Position numbers and translations under genes: made by a program
In this document: positions 9,433 to 22,762 of the stretch, one piece after another
Layout: the number at the start of each line of letters is the position of its first letter
Position numbering within the stretch: position 1 is the first letter of the stretch
NCBI GenBank assembly: GCA_963707275.1
Contig: CAVPPH010000009.1
Span: 31,432-95,431, forward strand
Origin: an uncultured Chloroflexia bacterium
Lineage (GTDB): Bacteria; Chloroflexota; Anaerolineae; JAAEKA01
DNA length: 64,000 bases
Reading direction: 5' to 3'
Notes under the pieces: model-generated
Databases searched by the model: none
What the model saw: only the letters and a program-made list of their open reading frames with translations
What the model was told of the DNA's origin: nothing

Positions 9433-10612
9433 ATGAGCAATTCAAGAGTTGTCGTTCGACTGCGCGTTGGGTGGTTGGTGCTGCTGTTAGCAGTACTTCT
9501 GTTGGCAGGCTGTGGCGGTGATGTGTCCGCGCCCGTTGATGACCAGCAGGCTTATGTGGAGCAGTTCGCGGACGACCAGGCTGATGAGCAGCAATACTGT
9601 GGACGACGAGTCTGACTGGTATTACGCCGAGACACCTGAGGACTGCCTCGAGGGCGAGGAGTTTGACCCGGTGGATGAGCTCTGCTATCTGGTGGTGGAC
9701 TGCGAAGCGGAAGGCGACTGTGGTGACGAAAGCTCAGGATTTGGGCAGGAGGTCTTCGGTTTTCTGGACGAGATCGCCTGGGGCGGGTCGGGCGACGGGT
9801 TTGAAGACGCCGAGGAGTTGCAGGAGAACACCCTCGTCACCTACCGCGTGGACGGCAACCAGATCGTGGATCCCGAACTGGCAGAAGTGACCGACGACCT
9901 GCTGGACTACCAGGATGACAGCGAGACACAGCAACGGTTGTGGGGCTACTTCTCCCAGTTGATCCCGCCCGACCAACGCGCTCTCCTGACCCAGTACGTG
10001 GTCTTCACCGACGGGCCGGACGAGACGCTGGCCTTCGTCACGCCCGACACGGAGGATCCCACCCAGTGGATTCTGGCCGTGGACATTGCCGACGGCGGCA
10101 ATCTGCAGGATCTGACCTTTACGCTGGTGCACGAGTTTGCCCATTTGCTCACGCTGAACAACCAGCAGGTGCCGGCTGACTATGAACTGGCCGCCGATCC
10201 TGAAAATCAAGACCTGTACGACGAGGCCGTGGCCGCCTGTCCCACCTACTTTCCCGGCGAAGGATGTAGCAATCCAAACTCCTACATCAACGCGTTCTTC
10301 GAGCAATTCTGGGCTGACATCGACGCGGAGTGGCAGGAAATCGACCTCCTGCAGTACGAGGACCAGGAGCAGTATACGGCGGCCCTCGATCAGTTCTACG
10401 TCGATCACCAGGACGAGTTTGTGTCCGACTACGCGGCGACCAACCCCGGGGAGGATATCGCCAAGTCCTTTGCTACCTTCGTGTTGAAACCCGCGCCATC
10501 GGGCGACACCATCGCTGACCAAAAGGTTGCGTTCTTCTACGACTACCCTGAACTGGTCAAGTTGCGCGCCGAGATCAGCGGGCGGTTGGTTTCGCGGCTG
10601 CGCCGCCAGTAG
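9433..10612 (+). CDS. acidic lipoprotein, putative zinc metallopeptidase (HEXXH); frameshift near 9595
   Basis: Lipobox LAGC at the N-terminus; TLVHEFAHLL; YAATNPGEDIA(K/E)SF downstream motif. Confidence 0.7.
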
Positions 10613-10620
10613 GCTGCTTC

Positions 10621-10766
10621 CCAGATCGCAATGGTTTACGCGATCTGGACTACTGCGTAGCGAAGAACGCGAAGCACGAGCGACGAGGCCACCTGGAACA
10701 ACAGCCTTTTGGCTTCGCGATCTTCCCGTTTCGTGACTTTCGCTCGCCTTCGTGGTTTCGTGGTCC
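10621..10766. repeat. hairpin plus imperfect CACGAA/TTCGTG 9-mer palindromic repeat
   Basis: ccagatcgc...gcgatctgg stem, then cgaagaacgcgaagcacgag ... tttcgtgac tttcgctcg ccttcgtgg tttcgtggt. Confidence 0.55.
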
Positions 10767-10794
10767 AAACTCTGGCTGATTTCCAACCCACCGT

Positions 10795-10823
10795 TGGACA
10801 AAAGACCGGTCAGCGACTATAAT
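10795..10823 (+). promoter_or_regulatory. sigma70-type promoter for uvrB
   Basis: TGGACA-17 nt-TATAAT. Confidence 0.7.
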
Positions 10824-10829
10824 GTCATA

Positions 10830-10843
10830 CGAACCGATGTTCT
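10830..10843. promoter_or_regulatory. LexA SOS box (GAAC-N4-GTTC)
   Basis: cGAACcgatGTTCt over the predicted uvrB transcription start. Confidence 0.75.
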
Positions 10844-10880
10844 GAAATCGACCGGCGCAACTCAGGGAACCAGACATTCT

Positions 10881-12991
<2,111 letters not shown>

Positions 12992-13004
12992 AATCGACCA
13001 TAAC

Positions 13005-14496
13005 ATGTGGCCCAATAACCCCGTACTCTACGAAATCAACACCTGGGTCTGGCTGGACTGAACTGAGCCGGCGGACAGGTGAACGCGTGACCCTGGCCAA
13101 CGTGCCGGAGGATGAACTGGACCGGCTGGCCAGCTACGGCTTCGACGGCTTGTGGCTGATGGGCGTCTGGCAGCGCAGTCCCGGCGGACGGCAGGTGGCG
13201 CGTCGACCATCCCGGCTTGCAGGGCGAGTATCGCAAGGCGCTGCCCGATTTCACCCCGACTGGATGTGGTCGGATCGCCCTACTCGGTCTACGACTACCG
13301 CGTCGATGAAGCGCTGGGCGGCGATGAGGGACTGATGGCATTCCGCCACCGTATGCGCGAGCGTGGCCTGCGACTGATGCTCGATTTCGTGCCCAACCAT
13401 CTGGCTATCGACCATCCGCTGGCGAGCTGAACACCCCGAGCGGCTGCTGCAAGGCAGCTCGGAGAGCCTCATTCGCCAGCCGGCCAACTATTTTGAGACG
13501 ACCGAGAACGGCCAGTGGCGAGTGTTTGCGCACGGCCGCGACCCCTCCTTCGGCGGCTGGACCGATACTGTGCAGGTTGATTACCGCACGCCCAAGCGCG
13601 CGCCGCGCGATGGCCGACATTCTGCTGGACATCGCTGGCCGCTGCGACGGCGTGCGCTGCGACATGGCGATGCTGGTGACGCAGGACACGTTCCTGCAGA
13701 CCTGGGGCGGCGTCAGTTCGATCCGCCGCGGGCCGAGTTCTGGCCCGCGGCAATCACCGACCTGCGGGCCAGCGTCATCCCGACTTCATCACCCTGGCTG
13801 AGGTCTACTGGGATCTGGAGTGGGACTTGCAGCAGCAGGGATTTGACTACACGTATGACAAGCGACTCTACGACCGGCTGGAGGAGGGAGACGCCTTGCA
13901 GGTCCGCTGGCATTTGACCGCGGACGTGGCGTATCAGCAGCATCTGGCGCGCTTCATCGAGAATCACGACGAGCGCCGCGCCGCCGAGGTGTTGGGCGTC
14001 GAACGCAGCAAGGCGGCGGCGGTGGTCGCTCTGACTTTGCCTGGACTGCGCCTGATTCACGAGGGCCAGCCGCAGGGTTGCAAGGTCAAGCTGCCGGTGC
14101 AATTGGGGCGGCGGCCAGAGGAGCCGGCTGTCGCTGGCCTGGAGGACTTCTACCGCGCCCTGCTGGCCGAGCTGCGCCATCCGATCTACCACGACGGCCG
14201 GTGGCAACTGCTGGAGGCGCGCATCAAGGATGACGCGCCGGATCTGCACCGTGGTCTGGCAGCGCATCAGTGGCGACTGGGCAGCGAATTTCGGGTAGTC
14301 GTCAGCAACCTGACAGGGCAGCGAACGCAGGGATTCGTGTCAATGGCGCTGCCGCTGGCCGGCGCCGCCTGGCAGTTGACCGAAATCTTCAGCGGCGCGG
14401 TCGTACGAACGCGATGGCGACGACATGACCGACCGCGGGCTGTTCGTCGACCTGCCAGCGTATGGCAGTCAGATTTTTAGTTTCGCACGGGCCTAA
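13005..14496 (+). CDS. GH13 alpha-amylase family protein; several frameshifts
   Basis: LYEINTWVWL, GSPYSVYDY, LMLDFVPNHLA, DGVRCDMAML, RFIENHDERRA. Confidence 0.85.
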
Positions 14497-14497
14497 C

Positions 14498-15498
14498 ATG
14501 CGGGCAATGGTGTTAAATGCCGTCGGACCGGCGGTCGAGAGCCAGTTGACAATGCAGCAGGTGTCCGCGCCGGAGGCAGGCGCTGGCGAGGTACGCTTGC
14601 GCGTCCATGCCTGCGGCGTCTGCCACACCGATCTGCACATCGTCGAGGGTGACCTGGCGCTGCCGCGGCTGCCGCTGGTTCCTGGCCACCAGATCGTCGG
14701 CGTCGTGGATCAGTTGGGCGCGGGCGTGACACGTTTTCGTGTCGGCGACCGGGCGGGGCTGCCGTGGCTGCGCAGCGCGTGTGGACGGTGCCGGTTCTGC
14801 CTGGCCGGCCAGGAGAACCTGTGCGAGTTCATCGAGTTCAACGGCTACCATGCTGACGGCGGTTTTGCCGAGTATGTCGTGGCGCCGGCCGAGTTTACCT
14901 ATCACCTGCCTGACGGTTTCGACGACCTGTGCAGGCTGCGCCGCTGCTCTGCGCAGGTGTGATCGGCTACCGTGCGCTGCGGCTCAGCGACATCGAGCCC
15001 GGCGGCCGGCTGGGGCTGTATGGGTTCGGCGCGTCGGCGCACGTCAGCATTCAGGTGGCGCGCCACTGGGACTGCGAGGTGTACGTGTTCACCCGGAGCG
15101 AGGAACACCGGCACCATGCCCGGGCGCTGGGCGCAGCCTGGGCCGGTGACGCCCGCGACAGCGCGCCAGAATTGCTCGACAGCGCGGTGATCTTTGCGCC
15201 GGCCGGCTGGATCGTGCCGGAAGCGTTGCGGGCGCTGCGACCGGGCGGCACAGTGGCCTGCGCCGGTATCCACATGAGCGACATCCCGCAGATGCCCTAC
15301 GACCTGCTGTACGGCGAGCGGACGCTGCGCAGCGTGGCCAACAGCACCCGTCAGGATGTCGAGGAACTACTGCAACTGGCGGCTGAGATACCGATCCACA
15401 GCGATGTCGAGACCTATCCGCTGGAGGCCGCCAATGAGGCGCTGGCGCGCGTCAAGCGCAGCGAAGTGCGCGGCGCGGCGGTGTTGCAGGTAGCATGA
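14498..15498 (+). CDS. zinc-dependent alcohol dehydrogenase family protein; frameshift near 14930
   Basis: ACGVCHTDLH, PGHQIVG, CGRCRFC...ENLC, APLLCAGVIGY, GLYGFGASA. Confidence 0.92.
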
Positions 15499-15548
15499 AT
15501 GTGGCGTGTCGCTCATCCAACAGGTGACAGTCACTTCGCACGTAGCCG

Positions 15549-16304
15549 GTGCGTCAGATAGGCGCTGACCAAGTGACTGTCACCTTCGCGTTTTCGTTGC
15601 TTGTTCTGTTGCTGCTCGCCTGGGCCGCACTGCTGATCGGCGGCTGGCTGATCGATTTCGGCGGGCGGACGGCGCGCAACCGGATTCCGCTGGCGGCACG
15701 TATGGCCATGTCGGCGCTTCTGGTTCTGGCTGCCCTGGTCTGGTGGCGAACCGGCACCAGTGGCACGTCGCTGGCCGGTTACGGCCTGTTGATCTTTGTT
15801 GGCATGACCTTCGGCCTGGTCGGCGATCTGGTGATGGCCAAGGTGATTCGCACGCCGAACCGGGTGATTTTCGGAATGCTTGCGTTTGGCGTCGGGCATC
15901 TGTGCTACATTGCGGCGTTCATTGGTCTGGGCCGTGAGCTTGGTGGCGGGTCGATCGCGACACTGGCCGCGAGCTTGCTGGTCTACAGCGGTGTCAGCGC
16001 GCTCCTGTGGTATACTTTGATCCGCCAGCCGGCCAAAGGCCGGGCGCTGAACGTCGGCACACTGATCTACGCGCTGCTGCTGGCGACCATGGGCGCGGCT
16101 GCGATGGCGCTGGCGCTGCAGGACGCACGGTTGGTGCCGCTCGCGCTAGGCGGCCTGCTGTTTATTGCGTCGGATATGTTCGTGGGCAGTGAGTTGATGC
16201 GCGGCACGTCATTTCGTTCCATCGGCGATGTGATCTGGACCACGTACACGGTGGCGCAAATGCTGATCGTTTACTCGATGGTCATCGTTCTTCAGATCGT
16301 TTAG
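15549..16304 (+). CDS. YhhN/lysoplasmalogenase family membrane protein
   Basis: Multi-TM protein with GLVGDLVM, FGMLAFGVGHLCY, GGLLFIASD and WTTYTVAQ. Confidence 0.8.
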   Translation: MRQIGADQVTVTFAFSLLVLLLLAWAALLIGGWLIDFGGRTARNRIPLAARMAMSALLVLAALVWWRTGTSGTSLAGYGLLIFVGMTFGLVGDLVMAKVIRTPNRVIFGMLAFGVGHLCYIAAFIGLGRELGGGSIATLAASLLVYSGVSALLWYTLIRQPAKGRALNVGTLIYALLLATMGAAAMALALQDARLVPLALGGLLFIASDMFVGSELMRGTSFRSIGDVIWTTYTVAQMLIVYSMVIVLQIV

Positions 16305-16346
16305 CCTGCGTGCCGGCTCGAATAAGCTGTTCAAGGGTGTTACAAA

Positions 16347-17352
16347 ATGCCTGAGATACGTCAAAACATGGCGACCAAGCAATGGGTGATCATCTCCACG
16401 GAGCGAGCGCGCCGGCCAGAGGAGTTCATCGACCGGTCGCATCGCCCAGTCCACGAGAGCCTGCCAGCGTACGACCTGGACTGCCCGTTCTGTCCCGGCA
16501 ACGAAGAAGGCCCGGACATGGAGGTGCTGCGGTTGCCGCAGGGCGCGGATGACTGGCAGGTGCGAGTCGTCAAGAATCGGTATCCGGCTTTAACGCAGGA
16601 AGGGGAGCGGGTGCGTCAGTTCGATGGCGTCAACCGCTCCATTTCGGGCGTCGGCTATCACGAGGTGGTCGTCGAGGCGCCGCCGCACAACACGACGCCT
16701 GCCCTGCTGGACGCGGAGCAACTCAGCCGCGTGCTGATGGCATTCCAGACCCGCGGCGTGGTGATGTCTCTGGACGACCGCATCGAGCACGTGATCTACT
16801 TCAAGAACCATGGGCCGCGTGCCGGCACGTCGCTACTGCACCCCCACAGCCAGATCATCGGCCTGCCGGTGGTGCCGTACAACGTGCGGGCGCGTGACGA
16901 AGAAGCACGCCGGTTCTTCGACGACACCGGGTCCTGCGTCGTACTGCGCTATGCTGTCCGACGAACTGCAAGAGCGCACCCGCGTGATCAGCGAGAACGA
17001 CGACTTCGTGGCTTTCCAGCCTTATGCCGCGCTTTCGCCGTTCCACACCTGGATCATGCCGCGTGAGCATCATCCCAGTTTTCTGATGGTGTCGCCGGTA
17101 TCGATCCGGCGGCTGGCAGAGAGCTGCCGCGACATTCTGCGCCGGATCCATTTCGGCCTCAACGACCCGGACTACAACATCGTGTTGCGCTCCGCACCCG
17201 TCAAGGCGTGGTACGCTGATCACCTGCACTGGTACGTCTCGGTGATCCCGCGTGTCACCCAGACGGCCGGCTTTGAGCTGGGCAGCGGGATGTACATCAA
17301 CACAGCGTTGCCGGAACACAGCGCAGCGTTCCTGCGCTCGATACAGGTTTAG
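16347..17352 (+). CDS. galT: galactose-1-phosphate uridylyltransferase family; frameshift near 16945
   Basis: WVIISTERARRP, CPFCPGNE, GYHEVVVE, FKNHGPRAGTSLLHPHSQ, HWYVSVIPR, GFELGSG. Confidence 0.88.
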
Positions 17353-17421
17353 CAAATGGACTCCCAATCGCAGGTTCCGGCTCTTCGACGACGACATCGA
17401 TCCCTGCCGGAACGGAGGTAG

Positions 17422-20313
<2,892 letters not shown>

Positions 20314-20320
20314 CCGCCAG

Positions 20321-20504
20321 AAGTTCGACTTCACGGAAAAAGTACAACTTCCCGAGGCGCGTAGACGCTCGACTTTGCCGAAAAAGTCGAGCGTCTTGAT
20401 TCTAGACAGAACTGCGAGTACGAGTAAGAGTAGGAGTACGAGTGTAGGCGGTTGAGTCTCGACAAAAAAAGAGACGTTCGACTTTGCGGAAAAAGTCGAA
20501 CGTC
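20321..20504. repeat. three REP-like hairpins (TCGACTTT...AAAAAGTCGA) plus a GAGTAC hexamer tract
   Basis: Copies at 20321-20350, 20363-20396 and 20473-20504; gagtac gagtaa gagtag gagtac between copies 2 and 3. Confidence 0.75.
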
Positions 20505-20510
20505 ATGGTG

Positions 20511-20592
20511 TAGGGCGGGTGGGATTCGAACCCACACGGGTGTTACCCTTCGGTTTTTAAGACCGATGCGTCTGCCATTCCGCCACCGCCCC
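20511..20592 (-). tRNA. tRNA-Leu(TAA)
   Basis: GGGGCGG/CCGCCCT acceptor stem, GGCGGAATGGCAGACGC D-arm, anticodon loop CTTAAAA, long variable arm, GGTTCGAATCC. Confidence 0.95.
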
Positions 20593-20625
20593 GGGTGGCC
20601 TGTCACCAACTTGCCTGATAAACAG

Positions 20626-20655
20626 ATGGCCTATAGCTCGCAAGCTATAGGCCAT
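20626..20655. other. perfect 13-bp hairpin in the tRNA spacer
   Basis: atggcctatagct-cgca-agctataggccat. Confidence 0.6.
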
Positions 20656-20663
20656 TCGTTCAG

Positions 20664-20735
20664 AGGCGACGGCCGGATTCGAACCGGCGATCAGGGTTTT
20701 GCAGACCCTTGCCTTAGCCACTTGGCCACGTCGCC
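20664..20735 (-). tRNA. tRNA-Cys(GCA)
   Basis: GGCGACG/CGTCGCC acceptor stem with U discriminator, anticodon loop CTGCAAA, GGTTCGAATCC. Confidence 0.96.
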
Positions 20736-20747
20736 CTGACACTGTGC

Positions 20748-20776
20748 ATTGTATCCAGCCGAACCGGACTTGTCAA
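20748..20776 (-). promoter_or_regulatory. sigma70 promoter for the tRNA-Cys/tRNA-Leu operon
   Basis: TTGACA-17 nt-TACAAT just upstream of tRNA-Cys. Confidence 0.8.
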
Positions 20777-20946
20777 AGTCGTTCCCTGGGCGTCCCGTGC
20801 TGGCGGCGTCGCCAGAGCCGCCGTGGTAACATTGCGATCCTGGCGACGCCGCAGCAGTGACACCTGGGACGCGTCTATCAATTGGTTGCCGCCTTGGCCG
20901 GGCTCCTGACCCAGCCAACACCGGCAGCATGTTTCCAGCCGCATTC

Positions 20947-22743
20947 TTACTGCGCCAGGCTGGCGATGTTGACGATACCGTTGCCGAGATACTCGTCCGG
21001 GTTGGGCGGTGGATTGACGCCTGCCCGTAGGGTCGATAGCACGTTGGCTGGCGCCATGCCGCTGTCCAGCATGACTGCTGCCGTGCCGCTGACCAGCGGC
21101 GCAGCGAACGACGTGCCGACCCAGTAGACATACTGGAAGCCGGGTTTGCCAGTCTCCTCGTCCAGACCGTAGGCAAAACCGATCAGGCAATCCTGCTCGT
21201 TGCCGGACTCACACCAGTAGATGTCGCCCGAATCGAGCAGTCCGGGCACCACACAGGTCGCCACGTCTCCAGCCTCGGTGGACAGGCTCTTGCCCGCTTC
21301 CATGGTCCGCGTGGTAAGGTTGACGCCGTTGCCGCCGGGCGCAGCGACGATGCCCTGGTTGGAGTAGCAGCCGCGCGTCTGTTCGTAGGTGCTGCCCACC
21401 ACACTGAGGACCGATGGATCGCTGGCGGGGATTTCGGCGTCTCTGGGCGCCTCGGCAGGCACGTTCACGTCCCACGAGTCGTTGCCCGCCGCTGCTACGA
21501 CCACGGCGCCCTGGCCGTTGAGCTTCTGCACCATGGCTTGCAGCGACGTAACTGACTTGGGCAGCGCAAGTGTACACTCTGGCTCATCTCCCGGACAAAG
21601 GTTCTCCGGACGGTGGACTCCCAGGCTGAGGTTCACGACCGTACCGGCCAGCGACTCCTCGAACGGCGCGTCTGAGTTGCTCAGCTCGCGGCTGGTCGTG
21701 TCCAGACCGCGCAGAATGGTCATCAGATCGCCGCAGCCGTCGTTTTCCAGCACGCGCATCAGGTGAATCTTGCTCTGTGGTGCGACCGCGTGCGCCAGGC
21801 TGGCTACGAAAAGCCCGTGGCTGCTGATATCCTGGATGATCGGATCACCCGTGTAGCGATCCAGCCCGGGGCAGGCGTCATAGTCCTGCACGGGAATGTC
21901 AGTTATAGTCATGTCAGGCGATCCGACGCCAGCTCCGCGCGTCGGATTGCCCATACGCCGCTCCAGCGCCAGATCGCCGGCGGGCAGGGGAGACGTGTCG
22001 AGAATGACAATCTGCGCGCTCTTCCCCAGGTTCTCCCGGACCTGCCGCTGACCGTCTTGTATCAGGCTGATGCCGGCTTCGCCCAACGCCCACTGTTTCA
22101 TGAACGCGGTCGAGTCGCCGGCGAGGCCCAGCCCGCCGCCGGGCAGGTTGCGCGCCCAGCGTCCGTTCTGCGTCCACGGGCTGCCGCCCCCGCGCCAGCC
22201 GGCCGGCGTGAAGAAATAGTTCGGGTCAGCGGCCGCGTCCAGCTCCGGGTGAGCAGCGGCGAACTGGTTGAACAGGCAGCTCACATCCTCGACCGAACGT
22301 CCGTCCAGAATGAACGCCAGTTGGATCGCTCTGCCCTCGCCCAACGATATCGCATCTTCGTCGTTGATGCGCAGCTTGAGGTCGAAAGCCTGGCTGATCT
22401 CCCGGAGTTGGTCCGGCTGTCCGGTCAGCACCACCTGGCTGTCGACGTAGATCAGCCCCTCGAAGGGTGAGACGACCATCTGCGCCTGTTTTTCACCGGA
22501 TTGCATCGCGTTGGGTTCAGGTATCTCAGCTTGCTTGTCTTTGCCGCGCTGGCTGTATTCCTGGCAGTAGGCTGCGATCTCCTCCACATCGCCGGATGGC
22601 GGCGTTACTTCAGTAGGCTGGGGGGTAGCAGTTGCGCCGGCCGGCGGTGGTGTCGGCGTGACGACCTGGCAGGATGTTGCCAGTCCGGCCATCAGCAGAA
22701 TGACCAGAATCAGGAATGCGGGACGGGCGTGTGAGTGTTTCAT
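20947..22743 (-). CDS. S8 (subtilisin-family) serine peptidase, predicted lipoprotein
   Basis: Lipobox LATSC; triad IVILDTS, SSHGLFVASL, GTSFAAPLVSG; oxyanion VAAAGND; RBS AGGAG. Confidence 0.9.
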   Translation of the reverse strand: MKHSHARPAFLILVILLMAGLATSCQVVTPTPPPAGATATPQPTEVTPPSGDVEEIAAYCQEYSQRGKDKQAEIPEPNAMQSGEKQAQMVVSPFEGLIYVDSQVVLTGQPDQLREISQAFDLKLRINDEDAISLGEGRAIQLAFILDGRSVEDVSCLFNQFAAAHPELDAAADPNYFFTPAGWRGGGSPWTQNGRWARNLPGGGLGLAGDSTAFMKQWALGEAGISLIQDGQRQVRENLGKSAQIVILDTSPLPAGDLALERRMGNPTRGAGVGSPDMTITDIPVQDYDACPGLDRYTGDPIIQDISSHGLFVASLAHAVAPQSKIHLMRVLENDGCGDLMTILRGLDTTSRELSNSDAPFEESLAGTVVNLSLGVHRPENLCPGDEPECTLALPKSVTSLQAMVQKLNGQGAVVVAAAGNDSWDVNVPAEAPRDAEIPASDPSVLSVVGSTYEQTRGCYSNQGIVAAPGGNGVNLTTRTMEAGKSLSTEAGDVATCVVPGLLDSGDIYWCESGNEQDCLIGFAYGLDEETGKPGFQYVYWVGTSFAAPLVSGTAAVMLDSGMAPANVLSTLRAGVNPPPNPDEYLGNGIVNIASLAQ

Positions 22744-22762
22744 TTCTTCTCCTAATAGTTTC

